A stretch of DNA of 32,000 bases, taken from Vibrio cholerae ATCC 14035. GTDB taxonomy: Bacteria; Pseudomonadota; Gammaproteobacteria; Enterobacterales; Vibrionaceae. Of this stretch, positions 8,149 to 19,141 are shown in pieces. The stretch is from the NCBI RefSeq assembly GCF_000621645.1, contig NZ_JHXR01000001.1:1-32000 (forward strand), in the 5' to 3' direction. The notes beneath the pieces were generated by a model. That model made no database searches. It was not told the origin of the DNA and was given only the letters and a program-made list of their open reading frames with translations. Made by a program: the position numbers and the translations under genes. How positions within the stretch are numbered: position 1 is the stretch's first letter; every line of letters begins with the position of its first letter.

Positions 8149-9237
8149 ATGAAAGCGTCGATTTTAAGCAAGCTTGAATCCCTTGTTGAGCGCTATGAAG
8201 AGGTTCAGCACCTCCTTGGCGACCCAACAGTTATCGGTGATCAAAATAAATTCCGTGCTCTATCCAAAGAGTATTCGCAACTGGAAGAGATCACTCAGTG
8301 TTTCCAAGCTTACCAACAAGCGAAGGAAGATCTGGTTGCTGCCGAAGAGATGGCACAAGAAGATGATGCAGAAATGCGTGAAATGGCACAGGACGAGATC
8401 AAAGCGGCGAAAGCGGCAATTGAGCGCCTGACCGATGAACTGCAAATTCTGTTGCTGCCAAAAGATCCAAACGATGATCGCAACTGTTTCTTAGAAATTC
8501 GCGCGGGTGCGGGTGGTGACGAAGCGGGTATTTTTGCCGGCGATTTGTTCCGTATGTACAGCCGTTTTGCGGAGAAAAAAGGCTGGCGCATCGAAGTGAT
8601 GTCATCGAGTGAAGCGGAACACGGCGGCTACAAAGAGATGATCGCGAAAGTGAACGGTGACGGTGCTTACGGTACGCTCAAGTTTGAATCTGGCGGCCAC
8701 CGAGTGCAACGTGTTCCGGCTACGGAAGCGCAAGGGCGTATCCACACGTCCGCTTGTACCGTTGCGGTGATGCCTGAAATTCCTGAAGCGGAAATTCCAG
8801 AAATCAAAGCCAGCGATCTGAAAATTGATACGTTCCGCTCTTCTGGCGCGGGTGGTCAGCACGTTAACACCACCGATTCGGCTATCCGTATCACTCACTT
8901 ACCGACTGGTATTGTGGTCGAGTGTCAGGATGAGCGTTCGCAACATAAGAACAAAGCTAAAGCGATGTCAGTATTGGCTGCACGTATTGCTCAAGCTGAA
9001 GAGTCAAAACGCGCTGCGGAAATTTCCGATACACGCCGCAACCTTCTGGGTTCAGGCGATCGTAGTGACCGCATTCGCACTTATAACTACCCGCAAGGTC
9101 GAGTGTCCGATCACCGTATCAATTTGACGGTATATCGCCTGACCGAAGTGATGGAAGGGGATATGCAATCCTTGATTGACCCTGTGATTCACGAGCATCA
9201 AGCGGATCAATTGGCGGCACTGGCGGATCAAAACTAA
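8149..9237 (+). CDS. prfA: Peptide chain release factor 1
   Basis: 362 aa containing PATEAQGR (PxT-type codon-recognition motif) and SGAGGQHVN (GGQ). Confidence 0.95.
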   Translation: MKASILSKLESLVERYEEVQHLLGDPTVIGDQNKFRALSKEYSQLEEITQCFQAYQQAKEDLVAAEEMAQEDDAEMREMAQDEIKAAKAAIERLTDELQILLLPKDPNDDRNCFLEIRAGAGGDEAGIFAGDLFRMYSRFAEKKGWRIEVMSSSEAEHGGYKEMIAKVNGDGAYGTLKFESGGHRVQRVPATEAQGRIHTSACTVAVMPEIPEAEIPEIKASDLKIDTFRSSGAGGQHVNTTDSAIRITHLPTGIVVECQDERSQHKNKAKAMSVLAARIAQAEESKRAAEISDTRRNLLGSGDRSDRIRTYNYPQGRVSDHRINLTVYRLTEVMEGDMQSLIDPVIHEHQADQLAALADQN

Positions 9238-9240
9238 TCC

Positions 9241-10101
9241 ATGTCAGTTACCATTGAAGCGGCATTAAAAGCGGCAACCGAGCAACTGCAGCAAAGCGGC
9301 AGTGATTCGCCAGCCCTAGATGCCGCAGTACTCCTTTGCCATGTACTGGCTAAGCCTCGTTCTTACTTGTTGACTTGGCCTGATAAAATCTTGGAGAAGC
9401 CTACTTTGGCTTCTCTCGAGCTGCTCCTTGCTCGCCGCAGAGCGGGAGAGCCGATGGCCTACATCCTTGGTGAGCGCGAATTTTGGTCGCTGCCGCTGAA
9501 AGTCTCTCCTTCGACACTTATTCCACGTCCGGATACGGAACGTTTGGTTGAATTAGCGCTGGATAAAGCGGCGTTGATTGATGGCGAACTGCTGGATCTT
9601 GGCACCGGAACTGGGGCGATTGCGTTGGCTTTGGCTTCGGAATTGCCCACGCGGCAAGTCACGGGGATTGATTTACGTCCGGAGGCGGCAGAGTTAGCAA
9701 GAGAAAACGCGACTCGCTTGGCGATCCACAATGCGCAGTTTTTTCAGGGCAGTTGGTTTAGCCCATTAGCAGACGGTACGAAGTTTGCTTTGATCGTCTC
9801 CAACCCGCCTTATATCGAAGAAAATGATCCGCATTTGAGTCTGGGCGATGTGCGTTTTGAGCCGAAAAGCGCGCTGGTTGCCGCAGAAAATGGTTTGGCG
9901 GACATTCGCCACATCAGCACGCACGCGCCGCGTTTTTTGCTCGATGACGGCTGGCTTTTGTTTGAGCATGGTTACGATCAAGGCGTTGCGGTGCGCACGA
10001 TTATGAGTGATTTAGGCTATCAAAACATCATGACCGAGCAAGATTACGCCGGTCATGATCGAGTTACACTGGGACAATATAAAACGGAAAGAGAAGCATA
10101 A
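9241..10101 (+). CDS. prmC: Release-factor glutamine N5-methyltransferase
   Basis: 286 aa with the SAM-binding motif DLGTGTGAIAL and the catalytic motif NPPY (VSNPPYIEE). It lies directly after prfA. Confidence 0.93.
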   Translation: MSVTIEAALKAATEQLQQSGSDSPALDAAVLLCHVLAKPRSYLLTWPDKILEKPTLASLELLLARRRAGEPMAYILGEREFWSLPLKVSPSTLIPRPDTERLVELALDKAALIDGELLDLGTGTGAIALALASELPTRQVTGIDLRPEAAELARENATRLAIHNAQFFQGSWFSPLADGTKFALIVSNPPYIEENDPHLSLGDVRFEPKSALVAAENGLADIRHISTHAPRFLLDDGWLLFEHGYDQGVAVRTIMSDLGYQNIMTEQDYAGHDRVTLGQYKTEREA

Positions 10102-10484
10102 TGTACGAAGGATTAAAACATTTTCACCTGTTCACTATCGGCGTCAGTGTAGTCATGCTGTCGATTCGCTATGTGCTCATGATGATGAATTCAGCACACC
10201 TAGAGCGTAAGTTTTTCAAAATTTTCCCGCATGTGAATGACACGTTATTGCTGCTTTCCGGTATCGGTTTGATATTCATCACTGGATTCATTCCTTTTAC
10301 CGCTGCCGCGCCGTGGATGACAGAAAAATTTACCTGCGTGCTGGCGTACATCGCGCTAGGCTTTTTTGCACTGAAATTAGGTCGTAATAAATTGCTGCGT
10401 AGCTTTGCGTTTTTTGGCGCGTTGGGCTGGTTGGCGATGGCTGGAAAAATCGCGGTCGCCAAAGCGCCGATTCTGTTTGGTTAA
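10101..10484 (+). CDS. sirB2: SirB2/YchQ-family small inner-membrane protein
   Basis: 127 aa with four hydrophobic segments. The start overlaps the prmC stop (TAATG). Its position between prmC and the ychA-like gene matches the enterobacterial order. Confidence 0.7.
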   Translation: MYEGLKHFHLFTIGVSVVMLSIRYVLMMMNSAHLERKFFKIFPHVNDTLLLLSGIGLIFITGFIPFTAAAPWMTEKFTCVLAYIALGFFALKLGRNKLLRSFAFFGALGWLAMAGKIAVAKAPILFG

Positions 10485-10499
10485 GCTTAAGGTGCGACC

Positions 10500-12183
<1,684 letters not shown>

Positions 12184-12208
12184 GCGCGATAGCCTGACTC
12201 TATATTGT

Positions 12209-12233
12209 AAAGCCATCTTCGGATGGCTTTTTT
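12209..12233 (+). terminator. Intrinsic terminator after kdsA
   Basis: aaagccatc-ttcg-gatggcttt followed by a T-run. Confidence 0.85.
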
Positions 12234-12332
12234 CATGCCTAGCGCTTATCAATATGGCTCTGTTTCAGCAAACGACGGTTTCTGTAGATTAAACGCTTGC
12301 GCGCACAAAACGGCTTAAAAGCCCATCCCATT

Positions 12333-12348
12333 AGTCAAACGTTTGCCT
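12333..12348. promoter_or_regulatory. Candidate PurR/LacI-family operator (palindrome core CAAACGTTTG)
   Basis: agtCAAACGTTTGcct compared with the recalled PurR box acgCAAACGTTTGcgt. The 10-bp core is identical and the flanks partly match. It lies about 250 nt upstream of the ushA start. Confidence 0.3.
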
Positions 12349-12594
12349 GTGATCCGAGCAGGTTATCTTTTTAACTCTTTCTATTGATTACATTATATTG
12401 GCTACTTTTAGGTGATCTACTCTACATAAATATGAAATCAAGCTGTCTCACCAAGTCGGTTACTTTAAACTAAGTCAAGTTTTATCCGCACTCCAAGCAA
12501 TGTGCTCAAGCGATGTGCTGTGGTAAACGACTGCGCCGTGCGAGCGCCCAACGACATTTCAAGCAGTGGTTTTCATCAGTTCAAAGGTATGACA

Positions 12595-14256
12595 ATGAAA
12601 CAAGGCCTCATTCTAAAATCCGTCCTCAGTGCAGCCATTATTGCCTCTTTGGCAGGTTGTGCAACTGCACCCGCTCAGCAGTGGGAAGCAGACAAAACCT
12701 ACAAACTCACTATTCTGCACACCAACGACCACCATGGCCGTTTCTGGCAAAACCAGTATGGTGAATATGGCATGGCAGCACGTAAAACGCTGATTGATCA
12801 ACTGCGTGCCGACATTGAATCTCAAGGTGGCAGTGTATTACTGCTCTCGGGGGGTGACATCAATACTGGGGTACCAGAATCAGACCTACAAGATGCAGAG
12901 CCTGATTTCAAAGGTATGAGCAAAATCGGTTACGACGCTATGGCGCTGGGTAACCACGAATTTGATAATCCACTTGAAGTGCTGTTTAAGCAAAAAGAGT
13001 GGGCGAACTTCCCAATGCTGTCGGCCAACATTTACGATAAAGCGACCGGTAAGCGTCTGTTTGAACCGTACCATATCTTTGATAAGCAAGGGATTAAGAT
13101 TGCGGTTATTGGCTTAACCACCGAAGACACCGCGAAAATTGGTAACCCAGAATACATCGGTGGTATCGACTTCCGCGATCCGAAAGAAGAAGCGAAGAAA
13201 GTGATCGCTGAGCTGAAGAAAAAAGAGAAGCCGGATCTTATCATCGCAGTAACGCACATGGGTCACTACCAAAACGGTGAGCATGGTGTGAACGCTCCGG
13301 GTGATGTTGCTTTGGCGCGCTACTTGCCAGCGGGTGAGTTGGATATGATTGTCGGCGGTCACTCACAAGAGCCTGTGTGTATGGAAGGCCCTAATCTGGT
13401 GAAAAAGAACTTTAAGCCGGGTGACGAATGTAAGCCTGATATTCAAAACGGCACTTACATTGTGCAAGCTTACGAGTGGGGTAAATACGTCGGTCGTGCG
13501 GATTATGAATTCCGTAACGGTGAGCTGAATATGGTCAGCTATAACCTCATTCCCGTTAACTTGAAGAAGAAAGTTGAAGTGAATGGTGAAACTCAGCGTG
13601 TGTTTGCGACTTCTGAAATTAAAGAAGACAGCGCAATGCTAGAGTTCCTGCGCCCATTCCAAGAGAAAGGCCAAGAGCAACTGAGCATCAAAATTGCCCA
13701 CAGTAACGGTAAGCTAGAAGGCGATCGTAACGTGGTGCGTTTTGAGCAAACCAACTTGGGCCGCATGATTGCAATGGCGCACATGCAACGTGCTAAAGCC
13801 GATTTTGCGGTAATGAACTCTGGTGGCGTACGTGATTCTATCCAAGCCGGTGACATTACGTATAAAGATGTACTGAAAGTGCAGCCATTTGGCAACATCG
13901 TCAGCTACGTGGATATGAATGGTCAGGAAGTGCTGGATTATCTCAATGTCGTCGCTACCAAGCCGGTCGATTCAGGTGCGTATGCCCAGTTCGCAGGGAT
14001 TTCAATGACGGTTGCGGATGGCAAAGTCTCTAACGTGGTCATCGGTGGCAAACAACTGCGTCTCGATGCGACCTACCGTTTCACTGTGCCAAGTTTTAAC
14101 GCAGCGGGTGGTGACGGTTATCCAAAAATTACTGACCACCCAGGCTATGTCAACACTGGCTTTGTGGATGCCGAAGTACTGAAAGATTACCTTGAGGCGA
14201 ACAGTCCAATCGATGTGAACCGTTTCGCGCCAGCGGGCGAGATTGTTTATCGTTAA
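12595..14256 (+). CDS. ushA: Bifunctional UDP-sugar hydrolase / 5'-nucleotidase, lipoprotein form
   Basis: Reads MKQGLILKSVLSAAIIASLAGC (lipobox), then LTILHTNDHHGRF...GNHEFD (calcineurin-like metallophosphoesterase) and a C-terminal 5'-nucleotidase domain. SD aaagg lies 7 nt before ATG 12595. The ORF-track start at 12502 is an unlikely extension. Confidence 0.92.
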   Translation: MKQGLILKSVLSAAIIASLAGCATAPAQQWEADKTYKLTILHTNDHHGRFWQNQYGEYGMAARKTLIDQLRADIESQGGSVLLLSGGDINTGVPESDLQDAEPDFKGMSKIGYDAMALGNHEFDNPLEVLFKQKEWANFPMLSANIYDKATGKRLFEPYHIFDKQGIKIAVIGLTTEDTAKIGNPEYIGGIDFRDPKEEAKKVIAELKKKEKPDLIIAVTHMGHYQNGEHGVNAPGDVALARYLPAGELDMIVGGHSQEPVCMEGPNLVKKNFKPGDECKPDIQNGTYIVQAYEWGKYVGRADYEFRNGELNMVSYNLIPVNLKKKVEVNGETQRVFATSEIKEDSAMLEFLRPFQEKGQEQLSIKIAHSNGKLEGDRNVVRFEQTNLGRMIAMAHMQRAKADFAVMNSGGVRDSIQAGDITYKDVLKVQPFGNIVSYVDMNGQEVLDYLNVVATKPVDSGAYAQFAGISMTVADGKVSNVVIGGKQLRLDATYRFTVPSFNAAGGDGYPKITDHPGYVNTGFVDAEVLKDYLEANSPIDVNRFAPAGEIVYR

Positions 14257-14294
14257 TAAGGTTTGACTCGCAAAGTTGAATTGCGTTTACTGAC

Positions 14295-14326
14295 AGGCGG
14301 TGTGCAAATACCGCCTTTTTTGTTTT
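14295..14326 (+). terminator. Intrinsic terminator after ushA
   Basis: aggcggt-gtgcaaat-accgcct followed by tttttgtttt. Confidence 0.8.
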
Positions 14327-14389
14327 GCCATACCCATATGGCCCGAGCTCTGCCCATCAGCAGTGTGAGTAAATGAGGACACGTGATTC

Positions 14390-14872
14390 ATGACTCCTGC
14401 AATCAATCTTGCAAAGAAAAATAAAATCTCCCATACCATCCATCAGTATGAACATGATCCGAGCCATGCCAGTTATGGCCTAGAAGCGGCGCAGGCGCTC
14501 GGTCAAGATCCGAAGCGCGTATTCAAAACCTTACTGTTTTGTATGAATGGCGAGGAAAAAAATCTCGCGGTAGCGATTATTCCTGTCGATCTCAAACTGA
14601 ATTTAAAGCTCGCGGCCAAAGCGGCCAAAGCCAAAAAAGCCGAGATGGCCAAACCAGAGATTGCTGAGAAAACCACAGGTTATGTGGTGGGGGGGATAAG
14701 TCCTCTCGGCCAGAAAAAAGCGCTGCCAACCTTTATTCATCAAAGTGCGCAAAGCCAAGCGACGATTTGTGTCAGTGCGGGTAAACGTGGTTTAGAAATT
14801 GAGTTATCACCGCAAGATCTCGCGCGCTTAACCCGTGGCCAGTTTGCGGATTTGTGTCAAGAAGAGAATTAA
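14390..14872 (+). CDS. ybaK: Cys-tRNA(Pro)/Cys-tRNA(Cys) deacylase YbaK
   Basis: 160 aa reading MTPAINLAKKNKISHTIHQYEHD...FKTLL...GYVVGGISPLG (YbaK/EbsC editing domain). It follows ushA, as in E. coli. Confidence 0.88.
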   Translation: MTPAINLAKKNKISHTIHQYEHDPSHASYGLEAAQALGQDPKRVFKTLLFCMNGEEKNLAVAIIPVDLKLNLKLAAKAAKAKKAEMAKPEIAEKTTGYVVGGISPLGQKKALPTFIHQSAQSQATICVSAGKRGLEIELSPQDLARLTRGQFADLCQEEN

Positions 14873-14885
14873 TCGATACCCCTGT

Positions 14886-14911
14886 AAAAACGGCCTCAAA
14901 GGGAGGCCGTT
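14886..14911 (-). terminator. Intrinsic terminator after the NCS2 permease gene (may also serve ybaK)
   Basis: 9-bp perfect stem aacggcctc/gaggccgtt. The minus strand continues with tttttac. Confidence 0.75.
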
Positions 14912-14942
14912 GATTCTAGAAGTGGTGAGAAATCAGCGAAGA

Positions 14943-16196
14943 TTAATGGCGTGCTTCTTCTTCCATTTGTGCATTGTCCACTACGTGGTTTTCACCTAAG
15001 TCGTTTGGCAGAACGAGGTTGAGCACAATGGCGACGATACCGCACAAGCTCACGCCTTGCAGGCTAAAGTCACCCACGCCGAATGCCATACCACCAATAC
15101 CAAAGACCAGAGTGACGGCCACAATCACCAGATTGCGTGATTTGTGCAGATCCACTTGGTTTTTGATCAGCGTATTCAAACCGACGGTGGCGATGGATCC
15201 AAACAGTAGAATCATGATGCCGCCCATGACCGGAACCGGAATGGTTTGCAGCAGTGCACCGAGTTTGCCCACCAAAGCAAGTACGATGGCCGTGATTGCC
15301 GCCCAAGTCATGATCGCTGGGTTAAATGCACGAGTCAGCATCACGGCACCAGTCACTTCACTGTATGTGGTGTTGGGTGGCGCACCAAGCATGGTTGCGG
15401 CCATGGTCGCGACCCCGTCACCAGCGATAGTGCGGTGTAAGCCCGGTTTTTTTAGGTAATCTTTGTTGGTCACATTTGAGATAGCCAGCATATCGCCCAC
15501 GTGTTCGACCGCAGGAGCAATCGCGACTGGGATCATAAACAGGATGGCGTTGATGTTAAATTCAGGGAAAGTGAAGTTGGGTAACGCAAGCCAAGCGGCT
15601 TGTTCCACCGCCGCAAAGCTGACGACACCCATTACCAGTGAGACTGCATAGCCGCTGACAATGCCCGCTAGGATAGGAACTAGCTTAAAAAAGCCTTTAG
15701 CGAAGACACTGAATACCACTGTGACCAAAAGTGAAATACAAGAAATCCAGAGTGCGGCTTGTGGATCGACGAGTTGTACGGAGCCATCCCCGGTTTTGCC
15801 CAGTGCCATGTTCACGGCGGCTGGCGCAAGTCCCAGACCAATCACCATAATCACAGGACCGACTACGACAGGAGGCAGCAGTTTGTGGATGATGGCCACA
15901 CCACGCACCTTAATAATGCCACCGAGTACGATATACACCGCACCAGCGGCCATCAAGCCACCCATAGTGGCAGGAATGCCCCAGGTTTGGATGCCGAACA
16001 TAATAGGAGCGATAAAAGCAAAAGAAGAGGCGAGGAAAATGGGGACAGAGCGGCGGGTGATCAATTGGAAAAGCAGTGTTCCTAAACCAGCACCGAATAG
16101 TGCAACGTTTGGATCGAGTCCGGTCAGAAGCGGGACCAGAACCAACGCGCCGAATGCGACAAACAGCATTTGCGCGCCTTGTATGGCATTTTTCAT
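14943..16196 (-). CDS. NCS2-family nucleobase:cation symporter (uracil/xanthine permease, UraA/PyrP-like)
   Basis: 417 aa with about 12-14 hydrophobic segments. It aligns by eye with E. coli UraA motifs (FGA.VLVP, SSFAFI.P, EHVG, PNTTY.E, PVMGG). Substrate specificity cannot be decided from sequence alone. Confidence 0.85.
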   Translation of the reverse strand: MKNAIQGAQMLFVAFGALVLVPLLTGLDPNVALFGAGLGTLLFQLITRRSVPIFLASSFAFIAPIMFGIQTWGIPATMGGLMAAGAVYIVLGGIIKVRGVAIIHKLLPPVVVGPVIMVIGLGLAPAAVNMALGKTGDGSVQLVDPQAALWISCISLLVTVVFSVFAKGFFKLVPILAGIVSGYAVSLVMGVVSFAAVEQAAWLALPNFTFPEFNINAILFMIPVAIAPAVEHVGDMLAISNVTNKDYLKKPGLHRTIAGDGVATMAATMLGAPPNTTYSEVTGAVMLTRAFNPAIMTWAAITAIVLALVGKLGALLQTIPVPVMGGIMILLFGSIATVGLNTLIKNQVDLHKSRNLVIVAVTLVFGIGGMAFGVGDFSLQGVSLCGIVAIVLNLVLPNDLGENHVVDNAQMEEEARH

Positions 16197-16242
16197 CGTA
16201 TTTTCCCTGAGCTAAATAAAAATTCGCGGGATTCTATCACTT

Positions 16243-16258
16243 CTGCAATCGATTGCGA
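16243..16258. promoter_or_regulatory. Candidate LacI-family (PurR/CytR-type) operator overlapping the permease promoter
   Basis: Perfect 12-bp palindrome GCAATCGATTGC (16245-16256). On the minus strand it lies immediately upstream of an extended -10 (tgaTAGAAT), about 50 nt before the permease ATG. Confidence 0.4.
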
Positions 16259-16416
16259 GCGGAAAAAGATCAAAAATTGACAGGATTATTGGCTATGTTT
16301 AAAAACGACGTGGATCGCGTCGCACAAATTCTGACGCACTCCTGTAACCTCTCGCCTTGCTGAACTTTAGATAGTTGCTTATCATCGTCGTTCAGTAAAC
16401 AGAATGTAGGTATGGT

Positions 16417-17565
16417 ATGCGCTATTTAGCTGTGTTGATGATGGGATTGCTCACGTTTCCCGCCTTCGCCCTCACTCGAGTCAACTTGTATCAGGCAGAA
16501 GTTGCGGTCGATCCGCAGCAAAGTAACGCTGATGCGGCGGCGCGTGTCCGTGGTATGGAAGAAGTGATTGTCCGCGCTACTGGTAGCCAAGATGCGCTCA
16601 AAAATGATGCTGTGCAAAAAGCTTTGCGTCAGAGTAACCAGTACATCACCCAGATCAGCACTCAACAAGAGGGTGCTCAGTCGGTGATGCGTTTGCAATT
16701 CAGCGCGCAGCACATTCGCTCACTGTTAAGTCAAGCTCAGTTGCCATTCTGGCCTGAAAGCCGCAGTAATTTGCTGGTATGGCTGGTGGAAGAAGCCAAC
16801 TACGATCGCAGCGTGAGTTGGGAACATGCAGATACGCCGTTACTGAACCAAATGAAAGTTCGCGCCCGTATTCGCGGCTTACCCTTAACGGTTCCGGTTG
16901 GTGATTTTGATGATGTAACCGGTGTGCAGGTCTCCGATTTATGGGGCGGCTTTATCAACCCGATCAGCATCGCAAGTCAACGTTATCCGACCGATGCGGT
17001 TTTGGTCGTGCGTGCTCAAGGCTCTGAACTGCGTTGGACTCTGTTTGATCAGTTGGCTAACACCATGGTGAGTCAACCGAAAGCGCCTATCTCAGGTCAA
17101 GCCTCGGGTGAGCAAGCGGTCACCGAGATGATTGATGAAATCAGTGATTACTACGCGCGTAAAAGCGCGGTTGTAGTAAGCAGTGAATCCTCGCAATCGG
17201 TATTGGCGCAATTTAGCCCACTCGATAGCGCGCAGGATTTCTTTGTGGTTGAGAATAAACTCAAGCGCTTAAGCTCAGTTGCTTCGCTAGATATTTTGAA
17301 GGTTCAAGGTACTCAAGTGACCTTTAACGTGCATTTATTGGCCAGTGTGGAAGAGTTCACTAATGAAGTGGTGCGCATGGGGCAGGCAGTATTGATGGAT
17401 ATGCCGCCAGAAGAGCCCGTCTCTGCAGACAATAATTTGCTGGAAAATAGTTCACTGGAAAATAGTGCGTCAGAAATGCCGGTAGACCCGAGCAACCCAA
17501 ATAACGCTGCTGCTCAGCCACAACCTGTTCAACCTAAAACTCTCTATTTCTCTTGGCAAGGTTAA
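16417..17565 (+). CDS. Secreted protein of unknown function (DUF2066-like)
   Basis: 382 aa with signal peptide MRYLAVLMMGLLTFPAFA. Codon usage looks coherent and no catalytic motif is recognised. The family name comes from memory of Vibrio annotations. Confidence 0.7.
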   Translation: MRYLAVLMMGLLTFPAFALTRVNLYQAEVAVDPQQSNADAAARVRGMEEVIVRATGSQDALKNDAVQKALRQSNQYITQISTQQEGAQSVMRLQFSAQHIRSLLSQAQLPFWPESRSNLLVWLVEEANYDRSVSWEHADTPLLNQMKVRARIRGLPLTVPVGDFDDVTGVQVSDLWGGFINPISIASQRYPTDAVLVVRAQGSELRWTLFDQLANTMVSQPKAPISGQASGEQAVTEMIDEISDYYARKSAVVVSSESSQSVLAQFSPLDSAQDFFVVENKLKRLSSVASLDILKVQGTQVTFNVHLLASVEEFTNEVVRMGQAVLMDMPPEEPVSADNNLLENSSLENSASEMPVDPSNPNNAAAQPQPVQPKTLYFSWQG

Positions 17566-17629
17566 TGCTTTGAGGAGAGAGCCCCAAATGACTTGAATTG
17601 TCAGGAAGGTAGGGGATAAACCAAAGCAA

Positions 17630-17660
17630 AAAATAGCGCCGAAAAAGGCGCTATTTTTAT
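17630..17660. terminator. Intrinsic terminator after the DUF2066-like gene
   Basis: aaaaatagcgcc-gaaaaa-ggcgctattttta: a symmetric stem with flanking A and T runs. Confidence 0.8.
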
Positions 17661-17661
17661 T

Positions 17662-17702
17662 GTCATCCCTAAACCACCGCTTTTAGCGGTGGTGATTGTT
17701 TT
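17662..17702. repeat. 41-nt hairpin element, copy A
   Basis: gtcatccctaaaccaccgcttttagcggtggtgattgtttt matches 27535-27575 at 38 of 41 positions. The core is the 8-bp hairpin accaccgc/gcggtggt. Confidence 0.85.
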
Positions 17703-17771
17703 CGATTATTACTTTCCAAGTGGTTTTTATGCGCACTCAGCCAAGCAATGAGTCACCGATAGGCAAAAAGA

Positions 17772-18209
17772 TCATTGGTGGTCAAAATGGGCTTTTTCTT
17801 GCTTTTCCACTTCAGAAAGCTTGGTCAGCTTTAAGCCTAACTCCTTACCACGTAAGCGCGCATAAAGGGTATTGCCGATAAATGCCGCAAAAGTCAGTAG
17901 CAGTTCTACCAAGGCTAACCAACGCTCCCCGCCATCCACATACAGCAAGGTCAACGCATGCAAGAAATAGAGCATCAAAACAAAGTTTGCCCAAGCATGG
18001 GTATAAGGTTTGCCTTTGAGAATGCCAAACAGAGGCAGTAGCAGTGGAATGACCCAGCCTATCGCGAGCGCGGTAGGATTAAGATGAGGATGTGGTGACA
18101 ACGTGAGTTGCCATAACAGGATCCAAACCAACAGAGCGAGGTTGGCACTCAGTGCCAGCCAGCGATAAAACGCGGTCCGAGGTTGCATTGCAATACTGGA
18201 GGTGGTCAT
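17772..18209 (-). CDS. Small inner-membrane protein (DUF2069-like)
   Basis: 145 aa with four hydrophobic helices. It begins 2 nt after the stop of the upstream quinone-reductase gene. Confidence 0.7.
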   Translation of the reverse strand: MTTSSIAMQPRTAFYRWLALSANLALLVWILLWQLTLSPHPHLNPTALAIGWVIPLLLPLFGILKGKPYTHAWANFVLMLYFLHALTLLYVDGGERWLALVELLLTFAAFIGNTLYARLRGKELGLKLTKLSEVEKQEKAHFDHQ

Positions 18210-18211
18210 TG

Positions 18212-19119
<908 letters not shown>

Positions 19120-19141
19120 AACTTCTCCTGTATCAGATTTA

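Noticed and set aside
8149-9237. Programmed frameshift check in the release-factor gene.
   Set aside because: The gene is prfA (PxT-type motif) and is a single uninterrupted frame. The +1 frameshift is a prfB feature and is not expected here.
12235-12318. 27-codon ORF (MPSAYQYGSVSANDGFCRLNACAHKTA) right after the kdsA terminator.
   Set aside because: The ATG lies in the terminator T-tract region, with no SD and no other coding evidence.
14974-16215. Long antisense ORFs opposite the NCS2 permease (161 aa, 184 aa, 108 aa and others).
   Set aside because: Gly/Ala/Val-rich membrane-protein codons leave the opposite strand free of stops by chance. The translations are Pro/Thr/Ser/Ala-rich and have no start context.
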